From assembly GCF_009914755.1 (NCBI RefSeq), contig NC_060948.1: DNA of 64,000 nt; one strand, 5' to 3'. A program made the position numbers and the translations under genes. The notes under the pieces are model-generated. The model searched no databases. It had not been told where the DNA came from and worked only from the letters and a program-made list of their open reading frames with translations. The stretch is from the human T2T-CHM13v2.0 reference genome, Homo sapiens. Shown here in pieces: positions 26,301 through 46,613 of this stretch. Every line of letters starts with the position of its first letter. Positions within the stretch are counted from its first letter, which is position 1.

Positions 26301-27412
26301 ATGAGGCCGTCCTGGGCGCTGTAGGGTGTTGAGTCTCTGTGATGAGGCCGTCCTGCACACTGTAGGGTGTTGAGTCTCTGTGATGAGGCCGTCCTGGGCG
26401 CTGTAGGGTGTTGAGTCTCTGTGATGAGGCCGTCCTGCACACTGTAGGGTGCTGAGTCTCTGTGATGAGGCCGTCCTGGGCGCCGTAGGGTGCTGAGTCT
26501 CTGTGATGAGGCCGTCCTGGGAGCTGTAGGGTGTTGAGTCTGAGTCTCTGTGATGAGGCCGTCCTGGACACCGTAGGGTGCTGAGTCTCTGTGATGAGAC
26601 CGTCCTGGGCGCTGTAGGGTGTTGAGTCTCTGTGATGAGGCCGTCCTGGGCGCTGTAGGGTGTTGAGTCTCTGTGATGAGGCCGTCCTGCACACTGTAGG
26701 GTGCTGAGTCTGAGTCTCTGTGATGAGGCCGTCCTGGGCGCTGTAGGGTGTTGAGTCTCTGTGATGAGGCCGTCCTGGGTGCTGTAGGGTGTTGACTCTG
26801 TGGTGGGGCCATCCTGGGCGCTGTAGGGTGTTGAGTCTCTGTGATGAGGCCGTCCTGGGCGCTGTAGGGTGTTGAGTCTCTGTGATGAGGCCGTCCTGCA
26901 CACTGTAGGGTGCTGAGTCTGAGTCTCTGTGATGAGGCCGTCCTGGGCACTGTAGGGTGTTGAGTCTCTGTGATGAGGCCGTCCTGGGAGCTGTAGGGTG
27001 TTGACTCTGTGGTGGGGCCATCCTGGGCTCTGTAGGGTGTTGAGTCTCTGTGATGAGGCCGTCCTGGGTGCTGTAGGGTGTTGACTCTGTGATGAGGCCG
27101 TCCTGGGCGCTGTAGGGTGTTGAGTCTCTGTGATGAGGCCGTCCTGGGAGCTGTAGGGTGTTGACTCTGTGGTGGGGCCGTCCTGGGCGCTGTAGGGTGT
27201 TGAGTCTCTGTGATGAGACCGTCCTGGGAGCTGTAGGGTGTTGACTCTGTGGTGGGGCCGTCCTGGGCGCTGTAGGGTGCTGAGGAGCGTCCCTGGGCTC
27301 CACCCAGCAGATGCCAGTTCACCCCCATGTTGTGACATGCAGACATGTCCCCTGATATTGCTGAGTGTGTCCGGGGAGGGGGCAGGATGTCCCCTGGCTG
27401 AGAACCACACTG
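23354..27412 (-). mobile_element. MER20 with both ends present, expanded by an internal minisatellite
   Basis: Left flank CAGCTTTCTCAGCTCTGGCACTGCTGATGTTTGGG and right flank GCGTCCCTGGGCTCCACCCAGCAGATGCCAG...GTTGTGACA...GGCTGAGAACCAC match the two ends of the MER20 reverse complement. Confidence 0.8.
23439..27283 (+). repeat. Minisatellite, 39-47 bp units, about 90 copies
   Basis: Core CTCTGTGATGAGGCCGTCCTGGGCGCTGTAGGGTGTTGAGT; 88 bp and 80 bp dimeric higher-order blocks. Confidence 0.98.
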
Positions 27413-27499
27413 CACTAAGGAATTAAGAGGACGGCCGCACTTAGAGACACAGTTGCCCATGAGCTCATACCGGCTTCTCCAAGCAGGTCACTCTGAAAT

Positions 27500-27820
<321 letters not shown>

Positions 27821-27994
27821 CAACAGCTCTTTAAGTGGCTTGATTATGACCCTTGCACGCTGGCACCTGTCTTTGGGATCTTGGCATGGACATGGACCCA
27901 TGGATTAGTCAAACACCAACAGGGGCTCAGAAGGAAGGAGAGAATCTATATGGGAGGCTGGCACCTGGCAAGGGATGATCCCTTCATTGCTGCA

Positions 27995-28146
27995 AAGGCA
28001 ATGAAGAAGGAAGAAGGAGGCAATGAACAAAGGAAGAAAGGAAGGGAGGAGTGATGGAACGAAGGAAGGAAGGGGAAGGAGGGAGGGAAGGACGAAAGGA
28101 AGGAAGGAGGGACAGAAGGAAGGAAGGAAGGAAGGAAAGGAGGGAA
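27995..28146 (+). repeat. GGAA-rich polypurine tract
   Basis: Degenerate (GGAA)n. Confidence 0.9.
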
Positions 28147-28531
28147 GCTTCCATTCTTCCATTGTAGCAGCAGCGTACACTGCCCAGCCCGGGCTTCGTT
28201 TCCACTTTCTGTGACCTGGTGTGGCGGTGAGTCTTACTCAGCGTGCTTGAGCCGAAATGTCACCAGCTGCCCGCCGACCTGGGATGACACCTTGGGCCGT
28301 TCTGTTTTCTCCCGTTCACCGGTCAAGACGCTGAAACTCGGGAGCTTTTGGCGGCCGAGCTGCGTGAAGGGACTTCAAGAGACGAGGAGACGGACCCCGT
28401 GGAAACCTCTCCCACCTGGCGATTGCTGAGGGGGACAGAGGCGACGGCAGAGGCGGTTTCATTTTGTGCTTTGAGACGGCCGTTTTGAGGTTGGGAGGCA
28501 GCCGCGATGGGAGTTGGGTTTGTCAATGGCA

Positions 28532-28700
28532 TTTTTTTTTTTTTTACTTTTTTATTATTATACTTTAAGTTCTAGGGTACATGTGCACAAAGCGCAGGTT
28601 AGTTACATACGTATACATGTGCCATGCTGGTGTGCTGCACCCATTAACTCGTCATTTACATTGGGTATGTCTCCTAATGCTGTCCCTCCCCTCTCCCCCA
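28532..28700 (-). mobile_element. L1PA 3' terminal fragment with its own tail, antisense
   Basis: polyT-TTATTATTATACTTTAAGTTCTAGGGTACATGTGCAC...CCATTAACTCGTCATTTA...CCCTCCCC. Confidence 0.92.
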
Positions 28701-29323
28701 GGAAACAACAGGTGCTGGAGAGGATGTGGAGAAGTAGGAACACTTTTACACTGTTGGTGGGACTGTCAACTAGTTCAACCATTGTGGAAGTCAGTGTGGC
28801 GATTCCTCAGGGATCTAGAACTAGAAATACCATTTGACCCAGCCATCCCATTGCTGGGTATATACCCAAAGGACTATAAATCATGCTGCTATAAAGACAC
28901 ATGCACACGTATGTTTATTGCGGCACTGTCCACAATAGCAAAGACTTGGAACCAACCCAAATGTCCAACAACGATAGACTGGATGAAGAAAATGTGGCAC
29001 ATATACACCATGGAATACTATGCAGCCATGAAAAAGGATGAGTTCATGTCCTTTGTAGGGACGTGGATGGAATTGGAAACCATCATTCTCAGTAAACTAT
29101 CGCAAGGACTAAAAACCAAACATATTCTCACTCATAGGTGGGAATTGAACCATGAGAACACTTGGACACAGGAAGGGGAACATCACACACCGGGGACTGT
29201 TGTGGGGTGGGGGGAAGGGGGAGGAATAGCGTTAGGAGATATACCTAATGCTACACCAACATGGCACATGTATACGTATGTAACAAACCTGCACATTGTC
29301 CACATGTACCCTAAAACTTAAAG

Positions 29324-29363
<40 letters not shown>

Positions 29364-29372
29364 GTAATAATA
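28699..29372 (+). mobile_element. Young L1PA 5'-truncated fragment: ORF2 C-terminus, 3' UTR and (ATA)n tail
   Basis: Translation GNNRCWRGCGEVGTLLHCWWDC...KKMWHIYTMEYYAA is the L1 ORF2p cysteine-rich C-terminal region; G-rich 3' UTR ends CCCTAAAACTTAAAGTATAATAA. Confidence 0.95.
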
Positions 29373-29569
29373 AGCTGACCAGGATTTCCCCTCAGAAGGG
29401 CCCTTTCCCTGAGGGTCTTCGCTCCCCGAGGCGGACCCTACAGTGATCCGTGTGGGGGTTCCTGGGGCGGCGGTCGTCCCCTCCCGGGGGGTCTCCTGGC
29501 ACCGATCTCACCTGCGGGAGCCTCTCCGGCCTGGCTCTTTGATGTGCAGAGATGGCGAAGAAGAAAATA

Positions 29570-29910
29570 ACTTTAAAAATGGTGAGAAGTCGTCATTGAA
29601 GTTAACATAAAAGAGGATGACGCGGGGTGTTAATTGGTCTGTCTCTGGCATAATTTGGGCCCGGGAGACGGGGTCCCTGGGCCCCTCGCCCGAGAGCGGA
29701 GACTCACATCTTTAATTCAGCAATCTTTGTATTAATTACCTCCGCATAGGTACGCTTTGATTGGGAGCGCTTTCTTATAAAATCACAGCGATCGTCTGCC
29801 TTAAGATAAATAGATGAGAGTTGAGCTGGGGGAAGAAAAAAAAAAAAAACAGTTCATTCGACTCTGAATATCAAATTCAGGATAAAACACCACTGATTCT
29901 CGGTCATTCT
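29570..29910. promoter_or_regulatory. Candidate conserved non-coding enhancer
   Basis: Unique island with CATAAAA, TTAATTGG, CATAATTT, TTTAATT, ATTAATTA and GATAAA motifs inside CpG-rich flanks; conservation not tested. Confidence 0.4.
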
Positions 29911-30269
29911 CAGTAGGGGAAGGAGCTTCTATTCTTGACCCAGCCCACGACACGTGCCGGGGCTGTCAGCGCCGTGAGAGGCACCTGTGTCTCCCCGAGC
30001 TGAGGACGGATGACATTTGTACCTACAGGTTTGTATCCGGTCCTGGGAGGTGCCTCCTTGCCAGTGAAGGACCAGAACTCACGGCCGGCCATGGGTGCCC
30101 GGCGCCGGGATGGGCAGGAGCGGTGGCCCCAGGTCCCGGGTGTGGGTGAGGCCCCAGGAAAGAGGAGAATTCACTGGGAAAATGCAGAGCTGAGGGAAAA
30201 GACAGGGGTGTCCCGGGGACCCGTCCAGACCGCAGGATGGTGTGAGGCCGGGAGGTGGACGCGGCGGTG

Positions 30270-31577
<1,308 letters not shown>

Positions 31578-32212
31578 TAAAGCAAACACGGAACAGCACA
31601 CTCCTCCCGGCCTTCCTTCTTCTGACACCGTTTTCCTTTAGAAGATCTGAAACTACAAGTCAGGACATGACACGTGGAGCGTCCCAGGCACGCGCAGCCT
31701 CTGCTGTTTGATTTCCGACGTGAGTCTATAGGTGAGGCTGACAGGTTTCAGATGGAAGAGGCAGGGCAGACGCCTTTCAAGAGAGGCGCGTTGTCTGGGT
31801 AAATCCATCAAGGGTGCGTCCTGGGAGACGACGGGCCGCCTTTGTAGACAACGCCACGGCACGGGGGCCCCCCACGCTGGGCGCCCACCCCGGCTGGCTG
31901 ACAGGCGGCCCCCGTTTCACCGTGATCACGAGTAAAAGCCAGTTCCCTGCAGGTTACGGGGCTGCTGTGTTTTGACATTGACCTTAATGCATAATTTAAC
32001 CACAAAGCATATGAGGTACGTGCAACCAGATGAGGAAAGGCCACAGGACTGGCAGGTAACGTGATGCTGAATCAGAAAGGATGTTTGTTCCCGATCGTGC
32101 GGACGTGGGGGCCTCTGCCGAAGAGGCGGAGAGGGGAGGAGGGGGAGGAGGAGGCCGCGGTCGTGTCTGTCCCAGGGCTGTCGAGGAGAAGTCGGTCTGC
32201 GGTCCTGGATGA

Positions 32213-33432
<1,220 letters not shown>

Positions 33433-33534
33433 TGAGTATTTTGGGGGTGCAATGAACTCTGCACAACGCACCAGGGTGGGGGCAGAGATGAATCAAAGAA
33501 GACAGCTGTTTGTGTGTGAGCTTCCCTGGCCTGT

Positions 33535-34690
33535 GCACACAGAGACAGACATACACACCCACACACACACAGGCACACACAGATGCCTGTACACATACAT
33601 TCACACCCAGACACACATATGCATTCGTACGCACCTACACACACATCTGTACACACACATTCACACCAACACACAGACATACATTCATACACACCTGCAC
33701 ACACACACACGTACACACACTCCTATACACATACATTCACACCCACACACAGACATACGCACCCACACACACATTCATACACACCTGCACCACACACAGG
33801 CGCACACACTCCTGTACACACACATTCACAACCCCACACGTACACACCAGGACACACACATTCATATACACCTGAACACAGGTGCACACACACGCCTGTA
33901 CACATCCATTCACACCCACACACAGACATACACACCTGTACACACACATTCATACACGCACACACACACGGGTACACACGCCTGTACACGTTCACACCCA
34001 CAGACATATACACAGACACACCTGCACACACACACACAGAGGCACATGCACACACACACCTGTACACATACATTCACATGCACACACAGACACAGCCCCC
34101 CACACACACAGGTGCACACACACGCCTGTACACATACATTCACACCTACACACAGACACACACCTGTACACACACATTCATACACACATGCACACACACA
34201 CGGGTACACACGCCTGTACACGTTCACACCCACAGACATATACAGACACACCTGCACACACACACACAGAGGCACATGCACACACACACCTGTACACATA
34301 CATTCACATGCACACACAGACACACCCCCCACACACAGGTGCACACACACGCCTGTACACATACATTCACACCTACACACAGACATACACACCTGTACAC
34401 ACACACACACAGACACACCCCCCCCACACAGGTGCACATACACGCCTGTACACATACATTCACACCTACACACAGACATACACATCTGTACACACACACA
34501 TTCATACACACACAGATACACACCCACGCACACACAGGTGCACACACACGCTTGTACACATACATTCACACCCACACACAGACATATACACACAGACATT
34601 CATACACACCTGCACAGACACACACATACACAGGCCCATGCACGCACACCTGTACACACACACACCCACACACAGACATACACATCTGCG
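33535..34690 (+). repeat. Degenerate (CA)n-derived minisatellite with a ~230 bp internal duplication
   Basis: CCTGTACACATACATTCACA units; CGGGTACACACGCCTGTACACGTTCAC at about 33969 and 34201. Confidence 0.93.
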
Positions 34691-35298
34691 TGGCAAACAT
34701 TGACCCCTTCCTCAGGCTGCTGCTGCTGCTGCAAATGTTACTCAGCGATCGTCCAGCCCAGGCTGCAGGCCGACCCTGAGGGCCCTGGAGGCCTCATAAA
34801 CCACACGTCCGGCCTCGGCTGATTCCACAAGGCTCCGTGGAGCTACCTGTGCAGGGGGGAGAGGCGTGAGGCTCAAAGGGGCCCTGGACGCAGGGACAGA
34901 CGTTTCTTTACAGACACCCACGTGAGGCAGACAAACCACACATATGTCTCCAACCACACATGGTAATTCGTGAGGATGAAGAGATGAAGGCCCCAGGCCA
35001 TATTCCCTTTGTGCTGTCCTGGTCTAGCGTGAAATGTTAATTTTTGCCTTTTTTCGTGTACAAAGGGGCCCTTAGGTTGTTAGATGTTCCTGCTTTCATA
35101 GTAGACGCATGTGGACTTTTCATGGTATTTTGTTGTGTTTCTACTGCTTGTTGGAGGCAGAAAAAGCGACTCGTCAATGTTTTATAATGAAAATGAAAAG
35201 TATGAAAGGTGAGCGTGAAGTTGTAACAGACATACTTTTGTGAATTTTGGTGATTTTTTTTGTTTCTTGGTTTCAGTCTTTGGAAAAAACCTGTGGTT

Positions 35299-35516
35299 GG
35301 CCGGGCGCGGTGGCTCACGCCTGGCATCCCAGCACTTTGGGAGGCCGAGGTGAGTGGATCATGAGGTCAGGAGATCGAGACCATCTTGGCCAACGTGGTA
35401 AAACTCCATCTCTACTAAAAATACAAAAAATTAGCGGGGTATGGTGGCGGGCACCTGTAGTCCCACCTACTTGGGAGGCTGAGGCAGGAGAATCGCTTGA
35501 ACCTGGGAGGTGGAGC
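35299..35516 (+). mobile_element. 3'-truncated Alu
   Basis: Ends at GGGAGGTGGAGC with no tail. Confidence 0.85.
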
Positions 35517-35584
35517 CTCCCCAGATGCACGGCTGTGTCCCAGTCCAGGTTCCAAAGGGGCTTTGTGGATCTTTTTCTGCAGAC

Positions 35585-35948
35585 CGAATGAATGCTTTGT
35601 CCTGCCAAGTCCTACGTTGAAACCCTGAACCCCAAGGTCAGAGTGTTACTAGTGGGGGGTCTTTGGGAGGTGAGGAGGTCGTGATGGTAGAGTCTCACGA
35701 ATGGGATTAGTATCCCCATAAAAGGGACACCAGAGCTTCCTCTCTCTCTGTCTCTCTCTCTGTCTCTTTCTCTCCACCCCGCACCATGGAATGACACAGC
35801 AAGAAGGTTGCCGTCTGCAAGCCAGGAAGGGAGTCCTCACCAGGAGCTGAGATGTTGCTACTTTGATCTTGGACCTCCAGTCTTCATGTGTGTGAGAAAT
35901 CAATGTCTGTTGTTTAAGCCCTGTGGTTTGTGGTACTTTGCTGTAGAT
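35585..35948 (+). mobile_element. MaLR solo LTR (MLT1A-like)
   Basis: AATGGGATTAGT...GACACAGCAAGAAGG..GCCGTCTGCAAGCCAGGAAG...CTTTGATCTTGGAC...GTGAGAAAT...TGTTGTTTAAGCC. Confidence 0.8.
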
Positions 35949-35949
35949 T

Positions 35950-37045
<1,096 letters not shown>

Positions 37046-38358
37046 TTTGCTTTCTTTGGAGAGCAAACAGATAGCCCCACCAGAAATGTACTTATTTACT
37101 GAGTTGCTGGCATGTTTGGAGTGGATGTTGGAGTTTTTCTCAGCCAGGGAGGTGAGAAAGTCTCCATCAAGTACTCATTCATTCATTCATTCATTCGTTC
37201 ATTCAGTTCAACTTTGAATTTAAAAGTGGAGAGTTCCCCTCCGTCTGACCACAAAGTGATGTGCAGAAGTAGCTTCATTTTAAACCTGCAGATAAGATGG
37301 ATCGGTCTCTGATTTGTAATTAGAAGTGCAGCAGATAACGAGACAATCTGAATGTCCTACCAAGTCTTTGACCTGTTCTTTGGGAGGTGGCATAACCTTA
37401 TCTTCAATCATCAAGGCTGCACGTGGAGGAGTTATTCAGGCAGCTGAAAATATCACCCCAGATCTTGCAGAGGAAGCAACCTAGGAGTCGGAGTGTCCCT
37501 GCAGATGCTCCACACACGGGTGGGATATAGAAGGAGTGGAGGTGGACGAGGTCTAAGGAGAACAAGGAAAAGGACATGAGAGGATCAGAGAAGACCTCAA
37601 TAGCTTAGCCAGGGAAGGAATTCATGGGAAAAACATTAGGGGAATTTATAGTCTTGGCAGGGAACCCAAAGACGGAGACTCAGATAACAGGGCAGAACCC
37701 AAGGGAGGAAGGTGGTCGGGGAGGACTCTCCAAGCTGCCTCTGGGCTCTGGAGATGTTGCTGTGGTCATGAGGAATTTCTGTCCTGCAGCTGATTTCCTT
37801 TATTCTCTCAAGGTTCCAAGTGCTGGGCAGAAAGTCCAGCTCCCTGGATGCCAGGATTGGGGGGGATAGAGAATGTATGAGGCTCCAGGATGCCAAAGAG
37901 GGAGGTGACGCTGGTTCCCACTGAGACGTGTGAGGCAGGAATGACCCCAAAATGACAAGGCTCCGAGTCCCAGCACGATGATTCAGCTTCCCCATCTCAC
38001 GTGTTCATGGAAGGAGCATGAGGAACTCAGGCATCAGGAAGAAAGTGCCCTCGGTTTGGGGTGGGGCGAGCTTTGGGAACCTCAGGAAACATTTCATGAT
38101 GACCAACAGGATCAGCCAGTGGGAGAGGAAGAGGAGATTTGTTGCAACCTTGAGGTGGGTTCACTGTGGACACAAATCAGAGGCAGGACAGCCACAGAGA
38201 GGACCAACTATTGGCCACGTGTGGGTAAGAGGAAAGAATTGTGACTGGGTTCACAGTGCAGGGGGCATGGATTGAAAAGCAGGACACATCTTCCTCTCTT
38301 CTGGTTTCATTGAGCCTTTGCTAAATAGAAGCTAGAATCTCATAGACCTGGTGGCAGC

Positions 38359-39370
<1,012 letters not shown>

Positions 39371-40639
39371 TGACCGTTGTTCTTCAAACACCTGCTAAAT
39401 TATAATTAATATCATTATGGGAGAACACCCTTACCATAGAATATTCCCACCACCAGGATCTCCGTGATATACCTTCCAACTCTGCAAAATAACAAAACAG
39501 CAAAACAACACAACGCAAACGGAATAAAACCCTTTTCTTTTGACTGAGTGCAGGGCAAGTTAGAAAACTCCCCAAAGATGAGTTTCTCCTCCTTTTTTTT
39601 TTTTTTTTTTTGAGTTATGAGCAGAAAAAGTTTGGACACTTTCGCAGAACTCAGAAACATATTAATTTTTCACGGCCTCGTAAGTCAAAAATGGCTTGTC
39701 CAATTTGCTTCAAACTTCGCAGCCTGATAGAAAGCCCCAGAACTTTCCAGCCAGAGAAGATATTTTGTCAGAGTTGGAAGGAGGTCAGAAGAGGGCATTA
39801 ATGTGGAGGATGTGAAGACCTGGGCCCCAACCCTTGATGGGCCTATCTGTAATTAGCTGGAGCCCTCCCCCGGATTTGGGGTTGACAGACGCTCAGGACA
39901 GCACGATGATCTCAAGGGCGTCAAAGGGCAAAGCTTCCCCATCAATGGCTCTGTTTGGAGAGGGAGTAGCTGGGGGAGTCAGGGACTCAGCGTGGGGCTC
40001 ACACCCTCTTTTACCGAGCACTTCTGATTTATATTATAAAAATCTCATTTTCAGAAAAAAAGAAGGGAGTTTTACATGGGATAGGGTGGTGTGAAATCAG
40101 CAAAAAGAAAACAAAACAAAACAAAAACGCTTTTCAGGAAAACGATGATGGATTTGGGTGGGGAGAGGGCAGAGCTCCTGGGACCTGATTACTGTTAATT
40201 TGTAATCCAGGGAGGTCCTGAGCCTGGTGAAATATTAATGCTTGAGAAAGGCCACTGTCTTCTGATTCTTTCTGTGCTTTTGGGACAATCCCAATGGATG
40301 CAACACACCCCCGCGTTGATTTATTTATGTTCACAGCATGGCCGAGGCAGCAGGAGACCCCAAGTTGTATTCAAAATATCCAAAAGGGGCTTTTCTTTTT
40401 CCCTTTGTTTATTCAAAATATTCAAAAAGAGCTTTTCTTTTTCCCTTTGTTTCCGCGATTTCTGCGCTGTTGGCTGAAAGTGCTCTGAGTTCACGCGCTA
40501 CGGGGGGTGACTTCCATTTCTGCAGACAGCAGCCTTGGGGATGGCCTGGCGAGGGCTAGGAATACCACACCCTGATCCCATTCTTCCTGGCTCAGTCCTG
40601 ACTGTGAGAGTCACGGTGGACTCTGGGTTTTTCGGTTTT

Positions 40640-42715
<2,076 letters not shown>

Positions 42716-43282
42716 TCTTTATACTATTTTGCAGGAACATTACCTTGCTTTCAGTGAGTGCAGTTCCCACGAAAAAGCCGCGAGTATGGAGAAGTTTGCC
42801 TAGAAAACTTAGGCAGTTACTCCTTTTAGATAATTTAACTTCAAAGTCGAAACAGGGCATCGCAGAAAGGATCTGAATTTAGAGGTATGTTTTATTGAAT
42901 CACTCAAGGCCTAGAAATAGAAATGATCAAAGGGTGTTTGCGAGCGTGCTTTCCAGCTTCTGAGGAGCTGAGCCCAGCTCACTAATGATGGCAATTGTGG
43001 TCATAGGTGACTCGCCCCCGAGCTGGGGGTGCCTCTGAGCGCCTCTGCCTTCCACCCTACTGGGGAGCAAGGCTGTGGGGCCACCTCTAATGATTGGTTG
43101 TTATTGTCTGAGGATATCTAGAAATTCAAGAGAGATCTACTTTATACTCTGGAAATGAAGAGCCTTTTGTATTCAGCAAAGGGATCGGTGTTGAGAGGGG
43201 GCTTCACGGGTGTACACCGTGGGGAGTATCCCTCCTGGGTTCCAAGCTCAGACAGGTGGCCCAAGACAAGATGTCTGGCTTT

Positions 43283-43940
<658 letters not shown>

Positions 43941-45179
43941 GTAGAGATGGGGTCTCACTATGTCTCCCAGGCTGAAGCTCTGTGGTGTGATCATAGCTCA
44001 CTGCAGCCTCGAACTCCTGAGCTCAACTGATCCTCCCACCTCAGCCTCCTGAAGTGCTGGGATTGGGGGGGTGAGCCACTGCACTCAGCCAACAGATAGA
44101 GATGGGGTCTCGCTATGTCTCCCAGGCTGAAGCTCTGTGGTGTCATCATAGCTCACTGTAGCCTCGAACTCCTGGGCTCAACTGATCCTCCCACCTCAGC
44201 CTCCTGAAGTGCTGGGATTAGGGGGGTGAGCCACTGCACTCAGCCAACAGATAGAGATGGGGTCTCGCTATGTCTCCCAGGCTGAAGCTCTGTGGTGTCA
44301 TCATAGCTCACTGTAGCCTCGAACTCCTGGGCTCAACTGATCCTCCCACCTCAGCCTCCTGAAGTGCTGGGATTAGGGGGGTGAGCCACTGCACTCAGCC
44401 AACAGATAGAGATGGGGTCTCGCTATGTCTCCCAGGCTGAAGCTCTGTGGTGTCATCATAGCTCACTGCAGCCTCGAACTCCTGAGCTCAACTGATCCTC
44501 CCACCTCAGCCTCCTGAAGTGCTGGGATTAGGGGGGTGAGCCACTGCACTCAGCCAACAGATAGAGATGGGGTCTCGCTATGTCTCCCAGGCTGAAGCTC
44601 TGTGGTGTCATCATAGCTCACTGCAGCCTCGAACTCCTGAGCTCAACTGATCCTCCCACCTCAGCCTCCTGAAGTGCTGGGATTACGGGTGTGAGCCACT
44701 GCACTCAGCCAACAGATAGAGATGGGGTCTCGCTATGTCTCCCAGGCTGAAGCTCTGTGGTGTCATCATAGCTCACTGCAGCCTCGAACTCCTGAGCTCA
44801 ACTGATCCTCCCACCTCAGCCTCCTGAAGTGCTGGGATTACGGGTGTGAGCCACTGCACTCAGCCAACAGATAGAGATGGGGTCTCGCTATGTCTCCCAG
44901 GCTGAAGCTCTGTGGTGTCATCATAGCTCACTGCAGCCTCGAACTCCTGAGCTCAACTGATCCTCCCACCTCAGCCTCCTGAAGTGCTGGGATTAGGGGG
45001 GTGAGCCACTGCACTCAGCCAACAGATAGAGATGGGGTCTCGCTATGTCTCCCAGGCTGAAGCTCTGTGGTGTCATCATAGCTCACTGCAGCCTCGAACT
45101 CCTGGGCTCAACTGATCCTCCCGCCTCAGACTCCTGAAGTGCTGGGATTAGGGGGGTGAGCCACTGCACTCAGCCAACA
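43941..45179 (-). repeat. Tandem array of an Alu monomer (FRAM/AluJ-like), 155 bp x 8
   Basis: Units at 43941, 44096, 44251, 44406, 44561, 44716, 44871 and 45026, nearly identical. Confidence 0.96.
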
Positions 45180-45336
45180 CATCTGTAAATATGCCTAAGG
45201 CATCTATACCGTAGTAGGTTTGCTACAAGGATCAAGCAAGATAGTGTTCTGGAAATACAAGCCTCACCCTTACGAAGCTGTTTCAGCAGGTGTAACAAAT
45301 GGCCGTTCACAGAGTGGCTCAAAAAAACACACATTT

Positions 45337-46350
<1,014 letters not shown>

Positions 46351-46613
46351 CAACCTCAGCCCACAAGGTGGCCCAAGGCACACGGAGTTCACATTGTACC
46401 CACCATGGGTCGAAGGTGGGCGTCTGATTCCTCCTGAAGGGTGGGGAGCTGTGATGTGAACAGGCCACTTCAATGGGACAGGCGTGATCTCCATTTGGGA
46501 CTAAATACAAGCCCATGGAGGGTCCACAGAGCACCAAGGGAAGCTGGCATTTCAAAACATCTGCCTCGTTTGTCTAAACCACACCACACCACACACCACT
46601 CTGGGGTCTGTTT

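Noticed and set aside
23439-27283. CRISPR-like appearance of regularly spaced repeats
   Set aside because: No unique spacers and no cas genes; head-to-tail tandem units in primate DNA.
24304-27460. Three ~1000 aa ORFs, one in each minus-strand frame
   Set aside because: The repeat unit lacks TTA, CTA and TCA on the plus strand, so all minus frames stay open automatically; the peptides are permutations of one repeat.
28581-29321. 246 aa ORF as a functional gene
   Set aside because: It is a 5'-truncated L1 ORF2 tail joined to antisense 3' UTR, with no endonuclease or reverse transcriptase domain; reported as a mobile element.
37420-38340. Purine-rich unique stretch with short ORFs, possibly ERV internal sequence or a pseudogene
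   Set aside because: No recognisable protein or repeat homology by eye.
40368-40452. Small two-copy duplications (~41 bp here; also about 38455-38540 and 49805-49853)
   Set aside because: Ordinary slippage duplications; consistent with regional instability but individually unremarkable.
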